This document shows positions 1-10,249 of a DNA stretch of 31,697 nucleotides, one piece after another. The stretch is from Macrostomum lignano (Eukaryota), in NCBI GenBank assembly GCA_002269645.1, contig NIVC01003025.1, forward strand, positions 67,500-99,196, read 5' to 3'. The position numbers and the translations under genes were made by a program. The notes beneath the pieces are model-generated. The model was not told the origin of the DNA and ran no database searches. It was given only the letters and a program-made list of their open reading frames with translations. Position 1 is the first letter of the stretch; each line of letters opens with the position of its first letter.

Positions 1-314
1 GTTCGAAGAGACCCATTTCATCTCCGAGCAGACATCTGGTTCGAAGAGACCCATTTCATCTCCGAGCAGACATCTGGTTCGAAGAGACCCATTTCATCTC
101 CGAGCAGCCATCCGGTTCGAAGAGACCCATTTCATCTCCGAGCAGACATCTGGTTCGAAGAGACCCATTTCATCTCCGAGCAGACATCTGGTTCGAAGAG
201 ACCCATTTCATCTCCGAGCAGACATCTGGTTCGAAGAGACCCATTTCATCTCCGAGCAGCCATCCGGTTCGAAGAGACCCATTTCATCCCCGAACAGACA
301 TCCGGTTCGAAGAG
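1..314. repeat. 38-bp minisatellite, ~8.3 copies, cut by the window start
   Basis: Unit GTTCGAAGAGACCCATTTCATCTCCGAGCAGACATCTG starts at 1, 39, 77, 115, 153, 191, 229, 267 and 305; variant units end ...CAGCCATCCG. Confidence 0.97.
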
Positions 315-3300
315 CGAACGTAGAAAAACTTTGGTGTACGGCGAATTTTATAAATGTATTCCAGCATGGGCAGGTCTTGTGTGAACATGTAAATATGCCA
401 GTGAAGGACCAGGTACCGGTATGAGCTAATGGGCGACGAATATAGAGCATGGGCTGCAAGGCCTCTTACGCTATAATCTAGTTAACTAGTTAATTTAATT
501 TGAAATTGTTGGAAAAAACGCTTGAGCATGCCATGGGTGTCTTATTGGGTGTTCTGTAGAGCTTTGTTTGTCTTAAAAGGGTGATTAATCGGTCGGGTTG
601 GAACGCTTGCACCATCGCTACAGACTTTTAAGCAGGAAAAGTAGATTTCAGTGGTATTGCAGTTTCTACCTTAACGTTCATTGAAATCATGTCGACAGGA
701 AGCCTTTAAACTATTTAGAACCTTTAAACCTTTTGCGAGTAAGCTCATAAAGCATATACACTCGTATATACACGCGTGTACACTTCTTATGTATTGAAAG
801 TCGTGTTGCAAATTGTATCGCATCCTATATTAATCGTGGGTAAATGGCCATATTTTCCTGCACACAAACGAGCCCATAAATTTTCTAAGTAGATGGTACG
901 GCCCGATTTTGAGCCTTGATGCATTTTTCACTATTTATTCTGTCTTTTGGCGTTGCTAAGCTAACTCCTAGTCAAAACTGGCTTATCTCTGATCCAGAAA
1001 AAGCAAAAGAAGCATGGAAGTGCAGTTTAAACAGTCGGTGTCGTGTCAAAAATCGGTTGTGACAATTATTCTAGCTAAAAATATACCATCGCCTGACGGC
1101 ATCTCCCGCTCTTGACACGCGCCAATAAACTAATGGAATTACTTCTTACTGCTACTCCGGTTAAAACGATACCAACACATACAGATACTCGTAACTGCAC
1201 GGTTTTACAGCTTTTATTTTACGTTTCTACGGCCTTTCTGTCCGTGACAGATGTGCACTCGAGATCTTAGATAGGAAGGAAAAAACATCCGTCATTAATA
1301 TGCAATGGTGACTGTTTGGCCAAGTTTACTGGTTATTTTATTCACTCTGGTGCATTTTTGTATTGGTTGGGATTCCATGGTTCGACGCCACCAGCTCTAA
1401 GCTTCCTTAATCCTATCATGTTGGATTAAAGAATGAGGACAGGAAGCCATTATAGTTGATTTTTTATAAAGACTCCATCATTAAAAGAATAATTACATCA
1501 TACATGTAACCTTGATACGGAACGGTAATTGACACCTAAATTTTCCTTCTATGGGTGCTTGAGCTTGACTCCCTTTATTTGAAGACCTCTTTTTTTCTAA
1601 GTTAGACCTAGGCGATCCCGACCCAACGGACAGGATTATATGCTTTCCCGGGAGCCCATAGCAGTTTATCTATAGAAAATCCCACAACGCCTTAAGTAAC
1701 CAATCTAAATTTCTGGAACTGAAACTACTAACAGTAGCGTAAACGCAAATCTTTGTTACTCTTTAAGCTATTCCCTACTACAAAAAATTAGATTTCCTTT
1801 GAGTGCATTTTCATCTCCACTCGCAGCGTAGTTAACGATACATATGCAGTAAATTCACGCACTTAGTCTTGCTTTCAACGAGGAAAAAAACAGCCATGCT
1901 CTTTAATTTTGCGTACACCGACTCCCATGTCGCAATATTAAACAAAAACCAATAGTAGTATCCATAAGGACTTAGCGTTGCGTTTGTTGCTGATGTTAAA
2001 CGGGGAGCCTAGCGGTGCTGGGAGTTAGGGTGGGTCCACCAGGAGTCTAAGACTCGGACCACCCGTATTCTGGAATCCTCATTTTCGAAGAAAAAAGCTT
2101 TCGTAGTTTCAAGACAGGAATGTCTCGAAAACTGACCTGCCATGCTCGTTCATGGAACAAAAGACCGTCGAAAGCAAGTCCTGACCTACTTTGAGCACCA
2201 ACCAGATTAAACCGATAACAAATGAAAAAGAATAATTGTTGATAATGCATATTATAACGGCAAGCTAGTAACAGTACGAGGTGTAATCCCGATGGCAAAA
2301 ATGTTCAAATCGATTCAAGATATCTTGCTTCCTTTCGTTGATGCACGAATCCCCCCAGACTTACGAGGAAATGTTTGTAGCAAATACTCCATTACTCACT
2401 GCGGACTGCATCTGACTCGATTTTGTTCGACTTCAAATCCGAGAGGGAAATTAATTTACAAGCCGGTCGACTGTCTTAGAGATGTAGCATTTCCTGCACG
2501 ACCAAGTGACGCTCATAGGAGCGCGGGTGATGGCGGGCAGGAAGGGAAGCAGCTTCCCTGTGGAATATTTGATAGAATCGAGGTAATGAACCGAAGCACA
2601 CAGAAGAGTTCCCTTCCTGTGGCTCTTCTGGCTGCGGAGAAGGGATCATGCACAACCTCTGAGGCTTCCGGGAGAACCAACTGCGCAACCTCTTGATACT
2701 GCATCAAGAGAGGATCAAAGCCTGTCTTTGGAATCGAATCCCTAATCAGAACTACGAACTGCCGAGCGCTTCATTTAACCATAAATCATGGATGGCAAAT
2801 AATAACTGTATCAGAAAAGGGTGCACTAGTTCTGATGACCTAGTTTCGTTAGAATCATTAAATTTAAAGACAATTATGGTTCGGGCAAAATTTCTTGACT
2901 TTTTTAGATCTACTGAATTGCACCGTCTCGATGCGCCTTAACCATGGTAGTTAATTTCCACATTACTGGGGAATAGTTGTCATAGCATGACGCAAACGAC
3001 GCTTTATATTTATCTTAAAACAATCGGCACTTTGATTAACATGGAGAAGCGTCATGACCCAAGGCTGGTAGCAACTTTCAAAAACGACGGTAAGACAGTT
3101 ATACAATATCCTGAAAAAACTACAACACAACAATGTAAGCAGATAAACGTTGATGGGCCGAGTCACAGACTCGTAGAGTTAACGCTTCTTCACTGCGAAG
3201 CATTCACCTGTTGAACAACTAATTAACCATGCAATGAAACCACAAAACGAGCTCATTTGCATTGCTAATAGAAACTTCATTACAGTTGTGATGAGGGCAC

Positions 3301-3337
3301 AGGTCGCAAATAATTTCAGCTGTACACTGTAGCCATA

Positions 3338-3817
3338 CGAGGGCTGAGCAATAAGTTTCTGGATGTACATAGTTGAGAGGCGACTGGCGAAACCTGATAT
3401 CATAGGTGTTTAAGTACAATATCTTAGTACAGTGGCTGCAAAAATTCAGACACATGACTGGTGCGCCAACTACCAGAAGTGCTGAGCGCTCTCTCCAGGC
3501 GTCGCTAAAGGACTCGAGCTCGGGGCATCTTTCTCACAAGACTCGGCAGGTGAGGAGTTTCTGGCCGACTAAAGTAACATATAGTTATATAGTAGTCCTT
3601 GAGAGCGCATCCAAGAACTTTGCTATTCACCCTACAGCCCCACCTGGCCCCTTGTGACTTTTTGAGAAAGTACCTAGCTGCTTCAGACTGGTCCAGCTGT
3701 TCCAGGGCGTGGTTTGAGCAGATGCAACTTTGCATTGAGTATTCTGGACAGTACTTTGAAGTTTTTCTCCTACTATTTCTGTCTACATCCGGAAACTTAT
3801 TGCTCACCCCTCCCTCA
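3338..3817 (+). mobile_element. Internally deleted, frameshifted mariner (Tc1/mariner) element, ~480 bp
   Basis: Left end TA|CGAGGGCTGAGCAATAAGTTTCTGGATGTA (3338-3367) is inverted at TACATCCGGAAACTTATTGCTCA...CCCTCA|TA (3784-3817), with TA on both flanks. The interior encodes YSP-/HLAPCDF (mariner YSPDLAPxDF with a 1-nt deletion) and W..CIEYSGQYFE, matching the mariner C-terminal CxxxxGxYFE motif. Confidence 0.88.
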
Positions 3818-4487
3818 TAAATTTAATGACTCTCCCAGGTCTTGCTTCAAACTAAATTGTGCGATAGCATCCGAATCAACCCATTTTACGGAGCGGTATC
3901 GGTTAAGAATAACTTAACGTGGGCCAGAAGGAAGGAAGTTGATAGCAAATTTTACTTTTATATCCTTTCGATGCTACTTATTCCATAAAGTTAAGTGCAA
4001 ACTAACCAAAGCGACTAACCAAACTAACCAAACTAGCCAAATATTTTAAAGAATTTATTTCTTCGAAACGTTTCAACAAATTGTTCAGTGTCAGTTCAAA
4101 TCAAAAGTTACAGAAATCATCGAATTCTCTTCATTCCTCCTCTATGCGGCAGTTACCTGTATGTAATGTAGAGATATACATGAAGTTAATTACGAGTTGA
4201 AGTGAAAGAACAAATTGAATTTTGAACGGGAAGCACATTGCCACCTGCTGGAATTCCACCTGCAGTAACTCTTTGACTCGCTTAAAAATAGCCAATTGAA
4301 AGATGGCATTAGCCATATGACTCAAAAATTTTCTGAGCAGTTTGACTGAATAAGAACAGCTGCATACTGTGACACACAACAGGCCTGTAGCAACTGAATT
4401 TAGAAGGTCGTCCGTCACTTCCCCAGACTGAATAGTTGCTTCAAGCACACCTGACGGTAATCATGGGTTTCAAGGAAGCAACGACTT

Positions 4488-4568
4488 TCACACAGCGAAT
4501 TTAGTAAATGTAATTTCAGTAGCTTGATCGGCTGCAGGTGCGAAAGGGGGAAAACTCGTGCTTCTGGC
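4488..4568 (-). CDS. Probable terminal exon of the first GPCR (ARSTSFPPFAPAADQATEITFTKFAV*)
   Basis: Phase-0 donor TCG|GTAATG at 4641 and acceptor CCCTAAG|GCC at 4569 define a 73-nt AT-rich intron. Splicing gives a polar Ser/Thr-rich tail ending at TGA 4490-4488. Confidence 0.62.
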   Translation of the reverse strand, partial: ARSTSFPPFAPAADQATEITFTKFAV

Positions 4569-4641
4569 CTTAGGGATTAAAATTTATGAGGTACACCCGT
4601 ACGAGTAAATCGATCCCAAAACATTGTAAAAAACACATTAC

Positions 4642-5580
4642 CGAGTTCCTGCAGCGGTTAGCAATCTGAAACTGGGCCTGCACCTCGCGACGAAAGACGC
4701 CAGATCTAGTCAGGTGCACCCAGAGGTTGGCGGCACCACACAGTAACTGCGGCAGTCGAGCAAGACTGCTGTAGGCAGATCGCTCACTTTTAGGCAGTGC
4801 GACAATGTATAAGAGACCGACTCTGGTGACCACCTGAGTGCAGAACACCAGGCTGCCAACAATCACAACGCTGCGCACGCTGTCCAGAAGCTCCTGGGAG
4901 GAGACCGCCGCCCCACGGGTCATCAGCCAGATTCGGACGGCGCAAGCCCCGCTGAGAATCATGGCCAAAAAACTGTACACAATAGTCGATACCAGGTTCC
5001 ACATGGTGTACTCATCCCCAGAGACCTCCACGATGGTGCACATGGTAGTGATCCTGTTCGGATTTTCCAGCGTGAGTGACAGGGCCGTCACGTCCGCCAC
5101 AGCGCACAACCAGGCGACGGGCACCACAGGCCACGGGTAGGCGGCCCGCTTCCGGCTGTACCGGTGCGGAACGAGCACAGCGAATGCTCGGTCGAAGCAG
5201 GTGGCCGCAGTAAAAATGATGGAGCCGACGATGCCCAGCATCAGAGGAACAACGTCTAGCAGACATTCGCGTTCTGTCCGGAGGTTTCCGAGGCCGACCA
5301 GGTCGTCATGACAACGCCTTATAGTCACGTAGATGTAGCCGATCGCCAGAAATGCGTCCGCGACGGCGAGGTTCGCCACCAGGATGTAGAAGGACTTTGC
5401 GCGCAGCAAGTTGGATTTCGAGACGGCGTAGATGGTGAGCGAGTTGGCGCACAGAGACGCGAGGGCGGCCACCAACTGTACGCTGTTCACGGCCCTGTTG
5501 TTCCTGTAGCGCAAGACACTTTCATCGATCAGTTCCTGTAGCTGGGAGTCATCGATTGTTGCGTTGTTAGCGAACTCCAT
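4642..5580 (-). CDS. Class A (rhodopsin-like) orphan GPCR, main coding exon (313 codons); proposed CDS join(5580..4642,4568..4488), 339 aa
   Basis: Seven hydrophobic segments, N-terminal NAT sequon, TM2 NLAVAD, TM3 CFDRAF (DRY variant), TM4 Trp, Cys in TM3 and ECL2, TM7 AANLWVH, helix-8 FRRE. The first ATG is at 5580 (the ORF track starts at a TTG). An acceptor-like TTTTGCTTGCAAG lies 10 nt upstream of the ATG. Confidence 0.9.
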
Positions 5581-6068
5581 TGATAGCAGACTTGCAAGCA
5601 AATTTTGCTCAGTAGTATCTTATTCAAATTTTCGTTTGTGATAACTAAGAAAGACTCCTTGACTTTTATCTGACAAGCCTGTGGTTTCTCCACCAATCAG
5701 TGCACTTCAAAGCAGTATGGGCTTTGGATAGCCCATGTTGGAAGTTCCAACAGGTACTGATGGTTCCTCTTCAATGCTCACACAAGAACGAATTAAGTAG
5801 TTCTAGTGGTCGCATAGCCAAGACTGATGATATCCGAGCTACGTGCAAAGTGATAGGGTGCATCAGTTCTCTTTTTACTAGTTCGAGCCTATGTCCGATT
5901 GCAAGCAGGCTCAATGAGTCTTGAATCTGAAAAAAACAAGTCCATACCAAGTACCGCAAGCAGCAGCACTAGTATAATGGGAACAAGATTGTCAAAATTT
6001 AGATCTAGAACAGAAAGAAGCAATAAAACGTTGCTTGTTTTAATGTATCAAATTTTGGAGACCCGTTA

Positions 6069-6727
6069 ATCCAAGAGGCATCTGATGCATGAGACCTGCT
6101 ATTCGTGAGGCAACTGATGCATGAGGCCTGCTATCCATGAGGCATCTGATGCATGAGGCCTGCTATCCATGATGCATCTGATGCATGAGGCCTGCGATCC
6201 ATGAGGCATCTGATGCATGAGGCCTGCTATCCATGATGCATCTGATGCATGAGGCCTGCGATCCATGAGGCATCTGATGCATGAGGCCTGCTATTCGTGA
6301 GGCAACTGATGCATGAGGCCTGCTATTCGTGAGGCAACTGATGCATGAGGCCTGCGATCCATGAGGCATCTGATGCATGAGACCTGCTATTCGTGAGGCA
6401 TCTGATGCATGAGACCTGCTATTCGTGAGGCATCTGATGCATGAGACCTGCTATCCGTGAGGCATCTGATGCGTGAGGCCTGCTATTCGTGAAGCATCTG
6501 ATGCATGAGGCCTGCTATCCGTGAGGCATCTGATGCGTGAGGCCTGCTATTCGTGAGGCATCTGATGCATGAGGCCTGCTATCCGTGAGGCATCTGATGC
6601 GTGAGGCCTGCTATCCGTGAGGCATCTGATGCGTGAGGCCTGCTATTCGTGAGGCATCTGATGCATGAGGCCTGCTATCCGTGAGGCATCTGATGCGTGA
6701 GGCCTGCCTATCCGTGGGGCATCTGAT
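6069..6727. repeat. 32-bp minisatellite, ~20.6 copies, between the two GPCR genes
   Basis: Consensus ATCCATGAGGCATCTGATGCATGAGGCCTGCT; period 32 (ATGAGGCCTG at 6121 and 6153). Confidence 0.97.
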
Positions 6728-6974
6728 TTTGTTAGTTATTTTAGTTCGTAAAAGTACACGAAGCTGTTTGAATTAGGGTCTGTTGACTGTTAAGATATTT
6801 TATTTGTTAAATGATTGACTATATAAACAATCAGACACAAGATCTTAAGCATAGACGCCATCGAATAAAAAATTAGCCACATCCAGTGACAGATGATTGC
6901 TCAGAAATTTTTGTTGAGTCAGTGCAGGGGTGGAGGGAGCCGAGCTGGGCGTAGTTGTCAATGAAAGCTTCTCA

Positions 6975-8033
6975 TCAGCAGTGAATCGACGCTTTGCGCT
7001 CACCGCGCACAGCCGCTCTCAAACAAGCGGCGGCTTCTGAACGCGCCCGAGGGCCCAACAGAGCGCAGATAAGAGCGTTTAAAGCGGAGTTCAGCGACAC
7101 GGCCAGATTGCCGCCTAGCAGCAGCAAGAGAGCCGCTAGCTCGGAGTCACCGCCGTCTTGACTCTGCAGCAAGAGTCGGGAGAACTCCCATAGCAGGACC
7201 GGAGCCTGGCATAGCAGGTAGATCAGGCTGTACAGCAGGGCCATTAGCGTGCACCGGCCGCCGCGGGACAGGCGTTCGTTGAACACGCGGGCTTCGGCCA
7301 GGCGGAGGCGTCGCCGGCTTCGCCTCAAACGCCGGACGGTGGCTCCGACAAGAAGCAGGTTGAACAGTAAGCAGAGACCCAGCGGACCGGCTAATCGAAA
7401 CACGTACAGCCAGACGTTCGAAAGGTACTCCGGGAGCAGGCCGTAGGTGTAGGTGACTCGAAGGCCAGCAGGGCAGTAGACAGTTCGCACCACCACCAGA
7501 CTGCGGGCAGCGGCAAGGCTGGCCACCAGGCAGAAGCTAGCAGCGATAAGGCCATTGGAGACTCGCCGACGCAGCCGACTCTGCTTGCCGGTTGACGCCG
7601 AGGCGACATCGACGGCTCGAGCGGCCACCAAAGCCACGGTGAGGCAGGACTGGGCGGAGTCCAGCCACACCTGCAGAGCGGAGATTGGAGCGTGCAGGTG
7701 GGCGATTGCAGCGTAGTAGCCAGAGCCTGGCAGCAGGCCGGGATAAGCGGTGACTACGTGCACGAGGCTGTCCAGCGAGTTGAACGCTTCGGCGGGCAGG
7801 CCGAGGCCGCACAGCCAGCCGGCGGCGAACCAGAACGGGCCGCTGCCACCGCGCAGAAGCAGCAGCCGCGTGGCCAGAAGATTCACCCCGCCGCCGCACA
7901 GCAGGCCGACCAACGCCTGCACCGCCAGAAGGGCCAGCGGCAGCGCGGACGACGAAGTATTGGCAGTAGTTTGAGGAGCATCTGCGTGCGAATTTGCCGT
8001 TGTGCAGGCGCTCTCGAACAATACGAGTGGCAT
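6975..8033 (-). CDS. Divergent single-exon class A GPCR, peptide-receptor-like (FMRFamide/myosuppressin/Srw-type motifs), 352 aa
   Basis: Intact ATG..TGA ORF with GC-rich codon use and 7 hydrophobic segments. TM5 GPLGLCLLFN, basic ICL3 RRLRRSRRR, TM6 LLCQAP (CxxP), TM7 LNSALNALIC (NSxxNxxI); the DRY position reads ARA. Confidence 0.85.
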   Translation of the reverse strand: MPLVLFESACTTANSHADAPQTTANTSSSALPLALLAVQALVGLLCGGGVNLLATRLLLLRGGSGPFWFAAGWLCGLGLPAEAFNSLDSLVHVVTAYPGLLPGSGYYAAIAHLHAPISALQVWLDSAQSCLTVALVAARAVDVASASTGKQSRLRRRVSNGLIAASFCLVASLAAARSLVVVRTVYCPAGLRVTYTYGLLPEYLSNVWLYVFRLAGPLGLCLLFNLLLVGATVRRLRRSRRRLRLAEARVFNERLSRGGRCTLMALLYSLIYLLCQAPVLLWEFSRLLLQSQDGGDSELAALLLLLGGNLAVSLNSALNALICALLGPRARSEAAACLRAAVRGERKASIHC

Positions 8034-9769
8034 GGCTGCACAGCTGAGCCGATAGAAGCGGCCTATTTCGCCATCCGGCTCTGATTATAAGCTGAGCAAG
8101 CTGGCACTCTGTTTGCCAAACAGGTGGAAATTCTACAGTCCAGTTGCCTATTTGCTACCCTGCAATCTGTGCGAGCAGCTTGTAAATCAAATCGATAGGC
8201 ATTGGCTTTAGCTGCTGCTGCTCGAAATTGAGCACCCTGCACGTAAGTAACTGCAGTTGAAGCGACACTGGCGTTGAATGCGCCAGCTAGATCCGCTTAG
8301 TACGAGAAGAAATACATCGCACTGTAGCAGACTTTATCAAATTTACAATCGGAAAGTTCTCCCCAGTATATTGTTCGATCCGGACATCGACGCTGATAGT
8401 GCAGAAGCCAGGCCTCGCCCTTAGACGTGCCCACCATATGTCGTCAGGGTACCTGCATGGTCAGGTGTCGGAGTGGCCAAGGTCCCGCAAACTAACTCGT
8501 CAGACTAAGTGGGCTCTGGGGTATTTCTTAGTACATGACAAAGCAAGGACCAGTGTAGTATAACAGGACGTAAAACTCAAAGATAGTGCGATTTCTTGGA
8601 GGCCGATTTCCTGGAACAATACACTGCGGAGATAGAAAAAATCTTTTTTTTTCATTTATTTCATCAGTCCAACGTTGTAAATACTCACAAGTGGCATTAG
8701 CTTAACTTTTGCTTTGTTCCTTCTTGAATAAAGTATATCTGCAATAAAAATGTTACATAGAGGTACTCTTAAGCTATTATTGTAGGTATAATTTCATTTC
8801 AATACATAAATGTATTAGTTCTTACATACATGCATACACAGGGCATACACGATCGTTGAGTTTTATCTCCTGTTATACTGCATGGTTCTTGGACAAAAGA
8901 CACCCGGGGACTCGAGGCTCCTACTAACGATCATCGCTACGGACGAGGATTAAGGGGTGAAACTAGCTTAGAAACGGGCCAATTCAGAGACTCGATGCGA
9001 GGCTTACTGGAGGATAGTCTAGTTAATGCTGAGAGCGAGAACTTTTGCATAGGGGAAGCCTTTTTACCTAGCTAGAGACAATAAAACCAGCTGGTTTCCT
9101 AATTTCCAAGGCAAGACAAGCTAATTAAGGAAAATCACAAACTAAAGGTCAGGTCCTCTGTTACACTACACCACTACACACACATGCATGGTTAAAAAGT
9201 CTGTAAGATCCGTCACATGTACATTAGCGAGTACGTTAAAATTTTACTGAGGCGATGGTTTTTCATGAAAATTGTACTTTCATGATGCAGAAAAAAAGTT
9301 GAATTGAAATCCATCTATTTTTACGTCGCTTACGGTCTATCAAGTGGGAAATTTGGTTAATTTCGCGTGAAATTCAATGCTAAGAACCAGCTAAGGTTAG
9401 GTCCCGATCCGTGAATATTCTCGTCAGGGCACGGGCGTACCTGACATTGATCCATCAATCAAATACATGAGAAAAAATCTGTTTTGACTGGTCGGATGAC
9501 ACTATATATGCCTGCATATCTCGTAATACGCTAAAAGTGCTAAAAATTCAAGATTGTGGTAAGATGAGAATAAGAATGACAAAATGAAAACTTTCCCGAA
9601 AAGAGAGCCGTAAGATGCTATGTACAAGCTGGTGCATGTATGTTTTTTAATTACCGAAGATATTTTATTACTAGTATTGAACTTATTATTACTAGTATTA
9701 CTAGTAATTGATTTTTTTCAAAAGATACAGCTGCTTGTCCATCATTTTGTTAGAATTATAACTTAGCTG

Positions 9770-10245
9770 CAGCTGTAATTTCAGGTCTGACGACGACTTA
9801 TTGATCAGTTCCCGATTGACATTAGCATTCACATTCAAACTTACCAACAGCTGCTGTAACTTTTTGTTACTTCAACGAAACTCTATGAAATTTTACACAG
9901 TTTGACGCAGCGTAGTTGAATAACTACATAAGAGATCTTAAGTTTTAAATAACTTGTTCTAGGAATAATTCATATTTTAAATATGATCCCATCTCCGTTG
10001 TGTATTTTGGCATGTAACTCAGCCAGGGGCGGATCCAGAAAATTTTTGAGGGGGGGGGCAAGCTATACCAAGCAACTACAAACCAAAATTAGAAAATAGA
10101 CCTGGCATAGTTGCAGGCCAAAAAGTATGGCCCAAGTCCCCTCACTGGATCCTCCCCTGACTCAGTAGCAGAACGTCTTAAATACGAGCAACATGTACAT
10201 GCAAAACTATGAAACTTTTTTGTCTCTTGACAGACGCGAGATGTG
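9770..10245 (+). repeat. Left arm of a diverged inverted-repeat pair (partner ~13045-13370), interrupted by a MITE
   Basis: AACTACATAAGAGATCTTAA (~9922-9941) matches the reverse complement of 13204-13223 with 1 mismatch. TTGACATT, TTTACACA..TTTGA.GCAGC, AACTCAGC..AGAACGTCTTAAA and TACATGCA.A..TATGAAA blocks also match, in colinear order. Confidence 0.72.
10024..10159. mobile_element. 136-bp non-autonomous DNA transposon (MITE), hAT- or P-like CA..TG termini
   Basis: 15-bp TIRs CAGGGGCGGATCCAG / CTGGATCCTCCCCTG (1 mismatch). Flanks ACTCAGC (10017-10023) and ACTCAGT (10160-10166) form a 6/7 target-site duplication. Confidence 0.85.
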
Positions 10246-10249
10246 TTGA

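Noticed and set aside
1-314. CRISPR-like appearance of the 22-49 bp repeats here and elsewhere in the window
   Set aside because: Units are head-to-tail with no unique spacers, there are no cas genes, and the context is intron-containing eukaryotic DNA.
1379-1389. Pol III B-box match GGTTCGACGCC, suggesting a tRNA or SINE
   Set aside because: No A-box at a suitable distance and no cloverleaf stems; similar isolated matches at ~20630 and ~30470 also fail.
4131-4448. 105-aa minus-strand ORF downstream of the first GPCR
   Set aside because: Non-ATG start, no recognisable motifs or splice support; lies in the probable 3' UTR.
6163-6378. ORFs inside minisatellites (also 208-459 and 17264-17733)
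   Set aside because: Unit lengths are not multiples of three, so peptide periodicity is a by-product of the DNA repeat.
7249-8084. Several overlapping ORFs across the second GPCR
   Set aside because: Shadow ORFs of GC-rich coding sequence; only the 352-aa frame has coherent 7TM motifs.
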